A stretch of DNA of 64,000 bases. It comes from Candidatus Limivivens intestinipullorum (GTDB taxonomy: Bacteria; Bacillota; Clostridia; Lachnospirales; Lachnospiraceae). A program made the position numbers and the translations under genes. The notes under the pieces were generated by a model. It ran no database searches. It saw nothing but the letters and a program-made list of their open reading frames with translations, and was not told where the DNA came from. The stretch spans positions 10,380 through 74,379 of the forward strand of contig DVIQ01000099.1 in NCBI GenBank assembly GCA_018711185.1, in the 5' to 3' direction. Numbering within the stretch: the stretch's first letter is position 1; each line of letters opens with the position of its first letter. Below, in pieces: positions 1 through 9,895 of this stretch.

Positions 1-819
1 CTCCACGGAAATTTCATTGACACGGGGAAGGGGATGGAGCACCAGCATATCCTGCGGGGCCAGCTCCATTTTCTGGCGGTCCAGGATATAGAAGTCCTTC
101 ATGCGGACGTAGTCCTCTTCGTTGAAGAAACGCTCCTTCTGAACCCTGGTCATATACAGAAGATCCAGAGAGGGGAGAGCGTCCTCAAGGCGGATCACTT
201 CCTTAAACTCCACGTTGTTTTTGCGCAGAACGTCATCGCGGATATAGTCCGGGAGCCGGAGCTCTTCCGGGGAAATCAGGATAAACTTTACGTTCTCATA
301 GCGCACCAGGGCCCGGATCAGGGAGTGGACGGTGCGGCCGAATTTCAGATCTCCGCACAGGCCGATGGTCAGATTTCCAAGGCGCCCTTTCAGGGAGCGG
401 ATGGTCAGAAGGTCCGTCAGGGTCTGAGTGGGGTGCTGGTGTCCGCCGTCTCCGGCATTGATCACGGGAATGGAAGACTTTGTGCAGGCTACCATGGGAG
501 CGCCCTCCTTGGGGTGGCGCATGGCGCAGATATCGGCGTAGCAGGAAATCATCCGTATGGTGTCGGATACGCTTTCCCCTTTGGCTGCGGAACTGGAATC
601 GGCCGAAGAAAAACCAAGTACATTCCCCCCTAAATTCATCATCGCTGCTTCAAAACTCAGGCGGGTTCGTGTGCTTGGTTCATAGAATAATGTGGCAAGT
701 TTTTTTCCTTCACAGGCATGCGCGTATTTTTCCGGATGCTTTTCGATGTCGCCGGCAAGATCCATGATCTGATCCAGCTCAGCTACGGAAAAGTCCAGAG
801 GACTCATCAAATGTCTCAT
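1..819 (-). CDS. pyrB: aspartate carbamoyltransferase catalytic subunit (3' end runs off the window; absent from the ORF track)
   Basis: Manual reverse-complement translation from ATG at 819 (RBS AGGAGG): [11 protein letters not shown]...[14 protein letters not shown]...MRHPKEG...[17 protein letters not shown], the ATCase carbamoyl-phosphate binding motifs. Confidence 0.93.
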   Translation of the reverse strand, partial: MRHLMSPLDFSVAELDQIMDLAGDIEKHPEKYAHACEGKKLATLFYEPSTRTRLSFEAAMMNLGGNVLGFSSADSSSAAKGESVSDTIRMISCYADICAMRHPKEGAPMVACTKSSIPVINAGDGGHQHPTQTLTDLLTIRSLKGRLGNLTIGLCGDLKFGRTVHSLIRALVRYENVKFILISPEELRLPDYIRDDVLRKNNVEFKEVIRLEDALPSLDLLYMTRVQKERFFNEEDYVRMKDFYILDRQKMELAPQDMLVLHPLPRVNEISVE

Positions 820-897
820 AATAGCCTCCTTTGCGAATATGTGCTGTGCTGCTCCGAGACGGCACGGCGTGCCTTTCGGGGTATCAGCATTTTTTCT

Positions 898-926
898 ATC
901 ATATACCAAGCCGGCAGGAATTGCAA
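898..926 (-). promoter_or_regulatory. putative sigma-A promoter of pyrB
   Basis: Minus strand reads TTGCAA (926-921), 17 bp, TATGAT (903-898). Confidence 0.5.
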
Positions 927-1035
927 GACACAATTTGTCCCGAATCGATTACGCATTGTGAAATAAAAAGAACGAAATCCAACAAATTTCACAAAAGTCT
1001 GGAAAATATGGTATGATGATAGAAGCGCGGCAGAT

Positions 1036-1064
1036 GTAACAGTTCAGCAGGACTGAACCGTTGC
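1036..1064. repeat. 29-bp palindromic repeat, copy 1
   Basis: GTAACAGTTCAGCAGGACTGAACCGTTGC; matches five other copies in the window. Confidence 0.8.
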
Positions 1065-1087
1065 CTGTAGAAAGGAAGGAAACGAAA

Positions 1088-2170
1088 ATGGAAATGACAT
1101 TGCGATGGTACGGATCGGCCTTTGACACAGTAAAGCTGTGGCAGATCCGGCAGATTCCGGGGGTGACAGGCGTTATCACAACCTTGTATGACACGGCCCC
1201 CGGAGAGGTGTGGAGCCGCGAGCGCATCCGGGCTCTGAAAGAAGAGGTGGAGGAGGCGGGACTGCGCATTTCCGGAATTGAGAGCGTGAATGTCCACGAT
1301 GCCATAAAGACGGGAGCCCCCCAGCGGGAGGAATACATCGATCACTATATCGAAACCCTGGAAAACCTGGGGAAAGAGGACATTCATCTGGTCTGCTATA
1401 ATTTCATGCCGGTTTTTGACTGGACCCGGACGGAGCTTGCAAGGGTGCGGCCGGATGGCTCCACGGTACTGGCCTATACCCAGGAGGCGGTGGACGCCCT
1501 GAATCCGGAGGACATGTTCCAGTCCATTTCCGGGGACATGAACGGCACGGTGATGCCGGGGTGGGAGCCGGAGCGGATGGCGAAGATCAAGGAATTGTTC
1601 GCCATGTACCGGGATATCGACGAGGAGAAGCTGTTTGAGAACCTGACGTATTTCCTGGAACGGATTATGCCCGTCTGCGACCGGTATGATATCAATATGG
1701 CGATTCACCCGGACGATCCTGCCTGGAGTGTGTTCGGCCTTCCGAGGATTATCATTAACAAAGAAAACATCCTGCGCCTTATGAAGGCAGTGGACAATCC
1801 CCACAACGGCGTCACCTTCTGCTCCGGCTCCTACGGGACGAATCTGGAAAACGATCTTCCGGATATGATCCGCTCCCTGAAGGGGAGGATCCATTTCGCT
1901 CATGTGCGGAACCTGAAATTCCACTCGCCCACAAATTTTGAGGAGTCCGCCCATCTTTCTTCGGACGGCACCTTTGACATGTATGAAATCATGAAAGCCT
2001 TGTATGACATCGGCTTTGACGGCCCCATCCGTCCCGACCACGGCCGGATGATCTGGGGAGAGGTGGCCATGCCGGGCTACGGGCTTTACGACAGAGCTCT
2101 GGGAGCCGCGTACTTAAACGGGCTCTGGGAGGCCATAGAAAAGGGGGAGAAGCGCCATGCGGTTAAATGA
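1088..2170 (+). CDS. uxuA: mannonate dehydratase
   Basis: MTLRWYG, ESVNVHDAIK, CYNFMPVFDWTRT, HPDDP, RPDHGR and GYGLYDRALG motifs; start taken at ATG 1088 after AAGGAAGG. Confidence 0.95.
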   Translation: MEMTLRWYGSAFDTVKLWQIRQIPGVTGVITTLYDTAPGEVWSRERIRALKEEVEEAGLRISGIESVNVHDAIKTGAPQREEYIDHYIETLENLGKEDIHLVCYNFMPVFDWTRTELARVRPDGSTVLAYTQEAVDALNPEDMFQSISGDMNGTVMPGWEPERMAKIKELFAMYRDIDEEKLFENLTYFLERIMPVCDRYDINMAIHPDDPAWSVFGLPRIIINKENILRLMKAVDNPHNGVTFCSGSYGTNLENDLPDMIRSLKGRIHFAHVRNLKFHSPTNFEESAHLSSDGTFDMYEIMKALYDIGFDGPIRPDHGRMIWGEVAMPGYGLYDRALGAAYLNGLWEAIEKGEKRHAVK

Positions 2171-3770
2171 GCAGGGATTAAAGGACCGGGCGGCCTGGGA
2201 GGAAAAGGGCTACGAGCTCCCGGCCTTTGACCGGAAAAAGGTGACAGAGAATACGAAAGCGGCGCCGCGCTGGATTCACTTCGGGGCCGGAAACATTTTC
2301 CGGGCTTTTCAGGCGAATGCGGCCCAGCGGCTTTTAAACGAAGGCGTCATAGATACGGGGCTTACGGTGGCCGAGGGCTATGACTATGAGATTATTGAGA
2401 AAATGAACCGTCCCCATGACGGATACAGTATCCTTGTGACTTTAAAGGCGGACGGGAAGCTTGAAAAGACCGTGGTGGGAAGCATTGTGGAATCCCTTGC
2501 CCTTGACCGGGAAAACACGGAAGATTTTTCCAGACTTACGGAAATCTTCTCCGGGGATTCCCTTCAGATGGCAAGCTTTACCATTACGGAAAAGGGCTAC
2601 AGCCTGACGGACGCCGGCGGGGCGCTGCTGCCGGACGTGGCGGCAGATATGGAAAAGGGGCCGAAAGCTGCCGGAAGTTATATCGGGAAGGTGGCTTCTC
2701 TTCTGTACATCCGCTATCTGGCAGGGGAAAAGCCCCTGGCTATGGTGAGCATGGACAACTGCTCTCACAACGGCACAAAGCTTTATAGCGCAATGGCGGC
2801 CTTCGCGGACGCCTGGGAGGAGAAGGGCCTGGCGGAAGCGGGCTTCGCGGCTTACGTGAAGGATTCCGGCAAGGTGTCTTTCCCCTGGACGATGATCGAT
2901 AAGATCACGCCCCGGCCCTCAAAAGAGGTGGAAGAGGTGCTAGCCAAAGATGGGGTGGAGGAGCTGGATCCGGTGATCACCAGAAAGAAAACGTACATCG
3001 CGCCCTTTGTAAACGCGGAGGAGTGCGAGTACCTGGTGATCGAGGACTGCTTTCCGGGAGGCCGGCCGCCCCTTGAACGGGCGGGCCTGATCTTTACGGA
3101 CCGCAAGACCGTGGATAAGGTGGAGAAAATGAAGGTCTGCACCTGCTTGAATCCCCTGCACACGGCTCTGGCTGTTTTTGGCTGCCTTCTGGGCTATGAT
3201 CTGATTTCCGGCGAGATGAAGGATACGGCTCTGCGAAAACTCGCCGAGGGGATCGGCTACCGGGAGGGACTGCCGGTTGTGGTGGATCCCGGCATCTTAA
3301 ATCCCAGGGAGTTCCTGGATACGGTTCTCAATGTGCGGATTCCCAATCCCTTTATGCCGGATACGCCCCAGCGGATTGCCACGGACACTTCCCAGAAGCT
3401 GGCTATCCGCTTTGGGGAAACCATCAAGGCCTATCAGAGAGATCCGGACAAGGACGTTTCCGAGCTTCGGCTGATTCCCCTGGTGTTTGCCGGATGGCTG
3501 CGCTATCTGATGGGCGTGGACGACAATGGAGAGCCCTTCGCGTTAAGCCCGGACCCCATGCTGGATACTCTGTGCCCGGTTCTGAGCCGGATTTCCCTTG
3601 GAAAAACAGAGGGAGCCGGGGAGCTTCTGCGTCCCATTTTGGAAAACGAAAATCTATTCGGCGTGAATCTCTATGAAGCCGGTCTGGCGGACCGGGTATG
3701 CGCGTACTTTGCCGAGCTTACGGCGGGCCGGGGCGCGGTGCGCAGGACGCTGGACAAATATACGGCTTAA
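2157..3770 (+). CDS. mannitol dehydrogenase family protein (D-mannonate oxidoreductase, UxuB-type)
   Basis: HFGAGNIFRAF, SFTITEKGY, SMDNCSHNG, MIDKITPRP and KVCTCLNPLHT motifs; overlaps the uxuA stop codon. Confidence 0.88.
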   Translation: MRLNEQGLKDRAAWEEKGYELPAFDRKKVTENTKAAPRWIHFGAGNIFRAFQANAAQRLLNEGVIDTGLTVAEGYDYEIIEKMNRPHDGYSILVTLKADGKLEKTVVGSIVESLALDRENTEDFSRLTEIFSGDSLQMASFTITEKGYSLTDAGGALLPDVAADMEKGPKAAGSYIGKVASLLYIRYLAGEKPLAMVSMDNCSHNGTKLYSAMAAFADAWEEKGLAEAGFAAYVKDSGKVSFPWTMIDKITPRPSKEVEEVLAKDGVEELDPVITRKKTYIAPFVNAEECEYLVIEDCFPGGRPPLERAGLIFTDRKTVDKVEKMKVCTCLNPLHTALAVFGCLLGYDLISGEMKDTALRKLAEGIGYREGLPVVVDPGILNPREFLDTVLNVRIPNPFMPDTPQRIATDTSQKLAIRFGETIKAYQRDPDKDVSELRLIPLVFAGWLRYLMGVDDNGEPFALSPDPMLDTLCPVLSRISLGKTEGAGELLRPILENENLFGVNLYEAGLADRVCAYFAELTAGRGAVRRTLDKYTA

Positions 3771-3785
3771 AGCATTAAGGCAGCG

Positions 3786-3814
3786 GCAACGGTTTGGCAG
3801 GGCTGAACGGTTAT
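3786..3814. repeat. 29-bp palindromic repeat, copy 2
   Basis: GCAACGGTTTGGCAGGGCTGAACGGTTAT. Confidence 0.75.
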
Positions 3815-3843
3815 CCGCGGCGTAAGACAGGAGGACTGAGACA

Positions 3844-4233
3844 ATGAAATTTACAGAGCGAAAACGGCTTTTATTTTTCGGACTGCCCTGGACTTTTACG
3901 AAATACACGATCACCGAGGAACTGATTACGGTAAACTCCGGGATTATTCACGCCAGGGAGAACGACTGCTATATGTATAAGGTGGTGGACACCAGACTGT
4001 GCGTAAGCCTTCTGGAGCGGCTGTTCGGCCTGGGGACCATTCACTGTTTTGGCGGGGATACCACCGATCCGGTGCTCACCATCGCCCACGTAAAAAACGC
4101 CAAGAAAATCAAGGACTTTATTCTGGAAGCCTCAGAGGAGGAGCGCAGAAAGAAGCGGACTCTGCGCTCCCAGGATATCGGCCGGGGCGGCGTGGCACCG
4201 GACTTCCAGGAGCCGGTGGAGGACGACTTCTAA
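3844..4233 (+). CDS. bacterial PH domain-containing protein
   Basis: YTITEELITVNSG...ERLFGLGTI pattern typical of bPH_2 proteins; RBS GGAGG. Confidence 0.7.
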   Translation: MKFTERKRLLFFGLPWTFTKYTITEELITVNSGIIHARENDCYMYKVVDTRLCVSLLERLFGLGTIHCFGGDTTDPVLTIAHVKNAKKIKDFILEASEEERRKKRTLRSQDIGRGGVAPDFQEPVEDDF

Positions 4234-4289
4234 AATCGCTGCCGGTCAGTTGCTGACCCGCAGCCGCGCAGCAAATGCGCGGACCCGGA

Positions 4290-4676
4290 TTAATCCGAGA
4301 CGATTTTTTCAAAGAGCAGCCCGCAGAAAAACCACAGGGGCGCGTAGTCCAGCCGGATTACGCCCCGGATATTCAGCCTGGCCCGGTCGTAGTTCCAGGG
4401 ACAGCAGCTTCTGGCTTTTAGCCAGGAACCGGTCAGAAATTCCGTCAGAAAAATCAGAACCGTGTAGACACTGCCCCGGAAAAAGGCGCTTCGGTTTTTT
4501 AAGAGGGAGTAAACGGGGCGGATCAGGCCGGCCATTCCGTAAATCGGAAACATCCACAAAGAGGAGGTGCCCGTGAGGGTCATCTCCCGTTTCCGAAAGG
4601 AGAGAAAGCCGGTCCAAAGGATTTCCAGACACCATCCGCAGATGCCGCATTTCAAAAAATTACTGTTCATAACCAT
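4290..4676 (-). CDS. small membrane protein, putative ABC-permease-like (DUF1113-type)
   Basis: CGICGWCLE, MFPIYG, TEFLTG, CPWNY and IRLDYAPLWF motifs; start moved to MVMNSNF. Confidence 0.65.
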   Translation of the reverse strand: MVMNSNFLKCGICGWCLEILWTGFLSFRKREMTLTGTSSLWMFPIYGMAGLIRPVYSLLKNRSAFFRGSVYTVLIFLTEFLTGSWLKARSCCPWNYDRARLNIRGVIRLDYAPLWFFCGLLFEKIVSD

Positions 4677-4775
4677 AGGGTTTCCAGAAAGAAGAAATTC
4701 ATACACCGCTGCGGTGTACCGGAAAAAATACAATTTTTGTCTTGAAACCCGAAGCGCCCTGTGCTATACTTACTC

Positions 4776-5040
4776 AAATAAATGCAAAGAAGGAGACTCC
4801 GTCCTTGAAATCTGACAGGAATTTGGCATCACCGACTGAGAGTGCCGATTAGGGGAAGAGGACAATGGGGAACACTCCGGAGCAGGCTGTTTGAAAGAAT
4901 AGTAAGGCAGTCCGTTGGCGCGCGTTAAGCGCTTCAGAGTGGCAGTTACAAAGGCGTAGCTGCAATGCGGGTGGTACCGCGGATTATATAAATTGCATGA
5001 GAGATCCGTCCCGGAATTTTTAATTCCGGGACTTTTTTTG
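4776..5040 (+). ncRNA. T-box riboswitch, probable Asn (AAC) specifier
   Basis: T-box AATGCGGGTGGTACCGCGG near 4964-4982; terminator GTCCCGGAAT/ATTCCGGGAC plus T-run at 5008-5039; stem I base GGAG/CTCC with AAC at 4871-4873. Confidence 0.88.
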
Positions 5041-5148
5041 TTTCATAGGACTGTGAAGCAAAACTTCTTCTCATAAGAATCCGTCCCGTCACAGAAAATC
5101 CGGCGGCCAGAAAGAAATTTTTGGCGGCCGTACAGCGATGGTAAGGAG

Positions 5149-6489
5149 ATGAAAGAAATGGAATTTTTAAGCGGAGTGAAAACAACAGATGTACTTGAAA
5201 TCCCCCAGCTGCTCGCCTGCAAGGCCTGCGGCGAAACGGTGAAGGTGCAAGGCAGCGTCCACGCAATCCGGGAGATGGGAGACGTATCTTTTGTGATTTT
5301 GCGCAAGAGGGACGGACTCCTCCAGTGCGTCTATGAAAAGGGAAAAGCCGTCGGGGATATGAGTGCCCTGCATGAAGCGTCCACAGTGGAGATTACCGGG
5401 AGCCTGCAAAAAGAGCAGCGGGCGCCGGGAGGCATCGAGATCCGTATTCAGGAGTTTACGGTTTTAAGCGCGCCGGCGGCTCCTCTGCCCCTGCCGGTGG
5501 GAAAGTGGAAGCTGAACACCTCCCTGGAAGCAAAGCTGAACATGCGCTCCATTTCTCTCAGAAATGTGAGGGAGCGGGCAAAATTCCGGATTCAGGAGGG
5601 CATTGTCCGGGGCTTTCGGGATTTCCTGTACAGCCAGGGCTTTACGGAGATTCACACGCCAAAGATCGGAGCTAAAAGCGCCGAGGGCGGGGCGAACCTG
5701 TTTCGGCTGGAATATTTTCATCACCCGGCGGTGCTCCAGCAGAGTCCCCAGCTCTATAAGCAGATGATGGTAGGCGTTTTTGACCGGGTTTTCGAGACCG
5801 GACCCGTATTCCGGGCGGAGAAGCATAATACGAAGCGCCACTTAAACGAGTACACCAGCCTGGATTTCGAGATGGGCTTTATCGACGGATTTGAGGATAT
5901 CATGGCCATGGAGACGGGATTCCTTCAGTATATGCTCCGCCTTCTGGATACGGATTACAAAAAAGAGCTGGATATTTTAGGCGTGACGCTGCCGGATGCC
6001 GGAAAGATTCCCTGCGTCCGCTTTGACCGGGCCAAGGAGCTGGCGGCAGAGAAATACAACCGGAAAATCCGCAACCCCTTTGATTTGGAGCCGGAAGAGG
6101 AGGAGCTGATCGGCCGGTATTTTCAGGAGGAGTACGGATCGGATTTCGTGTTCGTGACCCATTATCCCTCCAAAAAGCGCCCCTTCTACGCCATGGACGA
6201 TCCCGCGGACAGCCGCTTTACGCTAAGCTTTGACCTGCTGTTTAGGGGACTGGAGATCACCACCGGCGGCCAGCGTATCCACGACTATCAGATGCTCTGC
6301 GACAAACTGGAAGCCAGGGGTATGACCCGGGATGGCCTTGAACAGTATCTGGATACTTTCAAATACGGAATGCCGCCCCACGGAGGCCTTGGCATCGGCC
6401 TTGAGCGGCTGACCATGAAGCTTGTGGGTGAGGAAAACGTCCGGGAGACCACCCTGTTCCCCAGAGATTTGAGCCGGCTGGAGCCGTAA
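5149..6489 (+). CDS. aspS: aspartate-tRNA(Asp/Asn) ligase, short archaeal-type, non-discriminating
   Basis: OB-fold plus class II motifs FRAEKHNTKRH, GGQRIH and PPHGGLGIGLER; 446 aa; followed by gatCAB. Confidence 0.92.
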   Translation: MKEMEFLSGVKTTDVLEIPQLLACKACGETVKVQGSVHAIREMGDVSFVILRKRDGLLQCVYEKGKAVGDMSALHEASTVEITGSLQKEQRAPGGIEIRIQEFTVLSAPAAPLPLPVGKWKLNTSLEAKLNMRSISLRNVRERAKFRIQEGIVRGFRDFLYSQGFTEIHTPKIGAKSAEGGANLFRLEYFHHPAVLQQSPQLYKQMMVGVFDRVFETGPVFRAEKHNTKRHLNEYTSLDFEMGFIDGFEDIMAMETGFLQYMLRLLDTDYKKELDILGVTLPDAGKIPCVRFDRAKELAAEKYNRKIRNPFDLEPEEEELIGRYFQEEYGSDFVFVTHYPSKKRPFYAMDDPADSRFTLSFDLLFRGLEITTGGQRIHDYQMLCDKLEARGMTRDGLEQYLDTFKYGMPPHGGLGIGLERLTMKLVGEENVRETTLFPRDLSRLEP

Positions 6490-6508
6490 GATGGCGTATT
6501 TGGCATCC

Positions 6509-6545
6509 CTGAATACATGCCGCCTATCCGGCGGCGGATTTTCAG
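6509..6545 (+). repeat. REP-like hairpin repeat, family 2 copy 1
   Basis: CTGAATACATGCCGCCTATCCGGCGGCGGATTTTCAG, near-identical to 35326-35361. Confidence 0.7.
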
Positions 6546-6565
6546 AGTAAGAAAGGAAAAGGATC

Positions 6566-6859
6566 ATGGCAAGACAAATCAGTGATGAGACCATAGAGTA
6601 TGTGAGTATATTGGCAAAGCTTGAGCTGACCGGTCCGGAGAAGGAGGAGGCCAAGCGGGATATGGGACGGATGCTGGACTATATCGACAAGCTGAACGAG
6701 CTGGATACGTCCGGGGTGGAACCAATGTCCCACATTTTTCCCTTAAACAACGTTTTCCGGGAGGACGTGGTGGAAAACGGGGATATGCGCGACGAGATGC
6801 TGGCAAACGCGCCGGCGGCCAAGGACGGCGCTTTCCAGGTGCCGAAAACTGTGGAATAG
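6566..6859 (+). CDS. gatC: Asp/Glu-tRNA amidotransferase subunit C
   Basis: [27 protein letters not shown] and FQVPK motifs. Confidence 0.95.
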   Translation: MARQISDETIEYVSILAKLELTGPEKEEAKRDMGRMLDYIDKLNELDTSGVEPMSHIFPLNNVFREDVVENGDMRDEMLANAPAAKDGAFQVPKTVE

Positions 6860-6870
6860 GAGGAGAGACC

Positions 6871-8349
6871 GTGAGCATCACAGAACTGACAGCCGTTGAG
6901 CTTGGAAAGAAAATTCAGGCGGGGGAGATCTCGGCGGTGGAAGCCGTCCAGGCGTCCTTAGACCGGATTGACCGGGCCGAGGAGCAGATCCACGCCTATG
7001 TGACTATAGACCGGGAAGGCGCCTTAAAGCGCGCCGCCCAGGTGCAGGAGAAAATTGAAAAGGGAATCCTTTCGGGCCCCCTGGCCGGCGTTCCGGTGGC
7101 AATCAAAGACAATCTGTGCACCAAAGGGCTGAAAACCACCTGCAGCTCGAAAATCCTGTATAATTTCGTGCCGCCGTATTCCGCCACAGCAGTGGAAAGT
7201 CTGGAACGGGCCGGGGCGGTGATCCTCGGAAAGACGAATATGGATGAGTTCGCCATGGGAAGCACCACGGAGACCTCTGCCTTTGGAATCACCAGAAATC
7301 CCTGGAATACGGAGCATGTGCCCGGAGGTTCCTCCGGAGGTTCCTGCGCCGCGGTGGCCGCGGAGGAATGCTTCTTTGCGCTGGGTTCCGATACCGGCGG
7401 TTCCATCCGCCAGCCCAGCGCCTTCTGCGGCGTGACGGGCATGAAGCCTACCTACGGCACGGTTTCCAGATACGGGCTTATCGCCTACGGCTCCTCTCTG
7501 GACCAGATCGGACCTGTGGCAAAGGATGTGACGGACTGCGCTGTCATCCTGGAAGCGCTGGCCTCCCATGACGTCAAGGACAGCACTTCGGTAAAGCGGG
7601 AGGACACCCGCTTTACCGAGGCTCTGGTGGACGATGTGCGGGGAATGCGCATTGGGATCCCCAGAGATTATTTCGGGGAAGGCCTGGATGAGGAGGTCAA
7701 AGAGGCGGTTCTGGGGGCGGCGAAGGCTTTGGAGGCCAAGGGCGCCATTTTGGAAGAGTTTGATTTAAGCCTGGTGGATTACGCCATTCCCGCCTACTAT
7801 GTTATCGCTTCGGCGGAGGCCAGTTCCAACCTTGCCCGGTTTGACGGAGTAAAATACGGCTATCGGACAGCGGAAAACAGCGGCCTTCACAGCATGTACA
7901 AAAAGACCCGGTCCGAGGGCTTCGGTCCGGAGGTAAAGCGCCGGATTATGCTGGGCTCTTTTGTGTTAAGCTCCGGCTACTACGATGCCTATTATCTGAA
8001 AGCGCTCCGGACAAAGGCTTTGATTAAGAAAGCCTTTGACAAGGCATTTGAACGCTACGATGTGATTCTGGGACCGGCGGCGCCCACCACGGCGCCAAGG
8101 ATCGGGGAATCCCTTCAGGATCCTCTGAAGATGTACCTGGGAGATGTATATACTATTTCCGTAAATCTGGCAGGGCTTCCGGGGCTTGTGCTGCCCTGCG
8201 GCCGGGACCGGAAGGGACTTCCGGTGGGCGTGCAGCTCATCGGTGACTGCTTTCAGGAAAAGAAGCTGATCCGGGCCGGCTATGCCTATGAGAAGAGCCG
8301 TGCCTGGGAAGGCCCGGCCTTTGCCGGGAAAGGAGGCGCAAAAGAATGA
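6871..8349 (+). CDS. gatA: Asp/Glu-tRNA amidotransferase subunit A
   Basis: Amidase signature GKTNMDEFAMGS, PGGSSGGS, GSDTGGSIRQP; EVKRRIMLG. Confidence 0.96.
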   Translation: MSITELTAVELGKKIQAGEISAVEAVQASLDRIDRAEEQIHAYVTIDREGALKRAAQVQEKIEKGILSGPLAGVPVAIKDNLCTKGLKTTCSSKILYNFVPPYSATAVESLERAGAVILGKTNMDEFAMGSTTETSAFGITRNPWNTEHVPGGSSGGSCAAVAAEECFFALGSDTGGSIRQPSAFCGVTGMKPTYGTVSRYGLIAYGSSLDQIGPVAKDVTDCAVILEALASHDVKDSTSVKREDTRFTEALVDDVRGMRIGIPRDYFGEGLDEEVKEAVLGAAKALEAKGAILEEFDLSLVDYAIPAYYVIASAEASSNLARFDGVKYGYRTAENSGLHSMYKKTRSEGFGPEVKRRIMLGSFVLSSGYYDAYYLKALRTKALIKKAFDKAFERYDVILGPAAPTTAPRIGESLQDPLKMYLGDVYTISVNLAGLPGLVLPCGRDRKGLPVGVQLIGDCFQEKKLIRAGYAYEKSRAWEGPAFAGKGGAKE

Positions 8350-9776
8350 GCAGACAGTATGAAACCGTAATCGGTCTTGAAGTACATGTGGAGTTGGCTA
8401 CAAAGACAAAAATCTTCTGCGGCTGCTCCACAGAGTTCGGCGGCGCCCCCAACACCCACACTTGTCCGGTGTGTACGGGAATGCCGGGTTCCCTTCCGGT
8501 GCTGAACCGGCAGGTGGTGGAATACGCCCTGGCTGTGGGACTGGCGGCAAACTGTGAGATCAACCAGTTCTGCAAGTTTGACCGGAAAAATTATTTTTAC
8601 CCGGACAATCCCCAGAACTATCAGATTTCCCAGCTTTATCTGCCTATCTGCCACGATGGATGGGTGGAGATCGATACCCCTAAGGGACCAAAGAAGGTCC
8701 GCATCCATGAAATCCACATGGAGGAGGACGCCGGTAAGCTTGTTCACGATGAATGGGAGGACTGCTCCCTGGTGGACTATAACCGCAGCGGCGTGCCGCT
8801 GATTGAGATTGTGTCGGAGCCGGATATGCGAAGCGCGGAGGAGGTGATCGCCTACCTGGATAAGCTGCGGCTGATGATTCAGTATCTGGGAGCCTCGGAC
8901 TGCAAGCTCCAGGAGGGCTCTATGCGCGCCGACGTAAACCTGTCCGTGCGTCCGGTGGGTTCTGAGAACTTCGGAACCCGGACGGAGATGAAGAATCTGA
9001 ACTCCTTTAAGGCCATTTCCAGGGCCATTGAGGGAGAGCGGGAGCGGCAGATCGAGCTTTTGGAGGCCGGAAAAGAGGTTATTCAGGAGACGAGAAGGTG
9101 GGACGACAACAAGGAAGCCTCCTACGCCATGCGCTCCAAGGAGGACGCCAAGGATTACCGGTATTTTCCGGATCCGGATCTTCCTCCGGTGTGGATTGAC
9201 GATGCGTGGATCGAGCGGGTGAAGGCCAGACAGCCGGAGCTTCGCACAGAGAAGCTTGCGCGGTACAAACGGGAGTTTGATATTCCGGACTATGACGCGG
9301 GAATCATCACCTCATCCAAGAGGATGGCCGACATTTTTGAGGAAGCCACGGCCCTCTGCGAAAAGCCAAAGAAGGTGGCGAACTGGCTGATGGTGGAAAC
9401 TCTGCGCCTTTTAAAGGAGCGGGGAATGGAGCCGGAGGAGCTCTCTTTCTCCCCGGCAAATCTGGCAAAGCTGGTGGAGCTTGCTGACGCGGGGACCGTC
9501 AACAGCACCGTGGCCAAGGAGGTATTTGAAAAAATCTTCTCAGAGGATGTGGATCCGGAGGTTTACGTGGAGAAACACGGACTCAAGACCGTAAACGATG
9601 AGGGCGCTCTGCGAAAGACCGTGGAGGAGATTATCGCGGCAAATCCCCAGTCTGTGGCGGATTACCGCGGCGGAAAACAGAAGGCCATCGGCTTTCTGGT
9701 TGGCCAGACCATGAAGGCCATGAAGGGAAAAGCGGACCCCGGGGCGGTAAACCGTCTGCTGAAGGAGCTTTTGTAA
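8346..9776 (+). CDS. gatB: Asp/Glu-tRNA amidotransferase subunit B
   Basis: IGLEVHVEL, RKNYFYPD, HMEEDAGK, NRSGVPLIEIVSEPD and YRYFPDPDL motifs. Confidence 0.96.
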   Translation: MSRQYETVIGLEVHVELATKTKIFCGCSTEFGGAPNTHTCPVCTGMPGSLPVLNRQVVEYALAVGLAANCEINQFCKFDRKNYFYPDNPQNYQISQLYLPICHDGWVEIDTPKGPKKVRIHEIHMEEDAGKLVHDEWEDCSLVDYNRSGVPLIEIVSEPDMRSAEEVIAYLDKLRLMIQYLGASDCKLQEGSMRADVNLSVRPVGSENFGTRTEMKNLNSFKAISRAIEGERERQIELLEAGKEVIQETRRWDDNKEASYAMRSKEDAKDYRYFPDPDLPPVWIDDAWIERVKARQPELRTEKLARYKREFDIPDYDAGIITSSKRMADIFEEATALCEKPKKVANWLMVETLRLLKERGMEPEELSFSPANLAKLVELADAGTVNSTVAKEVFEKIFSEDVDPEVYVEKHGLKTVNDEGALRKTVEEIIAANPQSVADYRGGKQKAIGFLVGQTMKAMKGKADPGAVNRLLKELL

Positions 9777-9895
9777 CCTCTTGTAAAATTTTGTTTCCTC
9801 AGATATAATAAACCTGCAGAGAAGTCCGTAAAAGGCGGACTGCAAACAGCTATGCTGTGAGCTGGACGTGCAGTGTTGCATGAGGAGGAAAAATT

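Noticed and set aside
34-633. 199-aa plus-strand ORF in the track
   Set aside because: It is the antisense shadow of pyrB, which carries the recognisable motifs on the minus strand.
956-994. Inverted repeat TTGTGAAAT...ATTTCACAA between pyrB and uxuA
   Set aside because: The 21-bp AT-rich spacer and overlap with a likely -35 box make chance or promoter sequence as likely as an operator; no second copy was seen.
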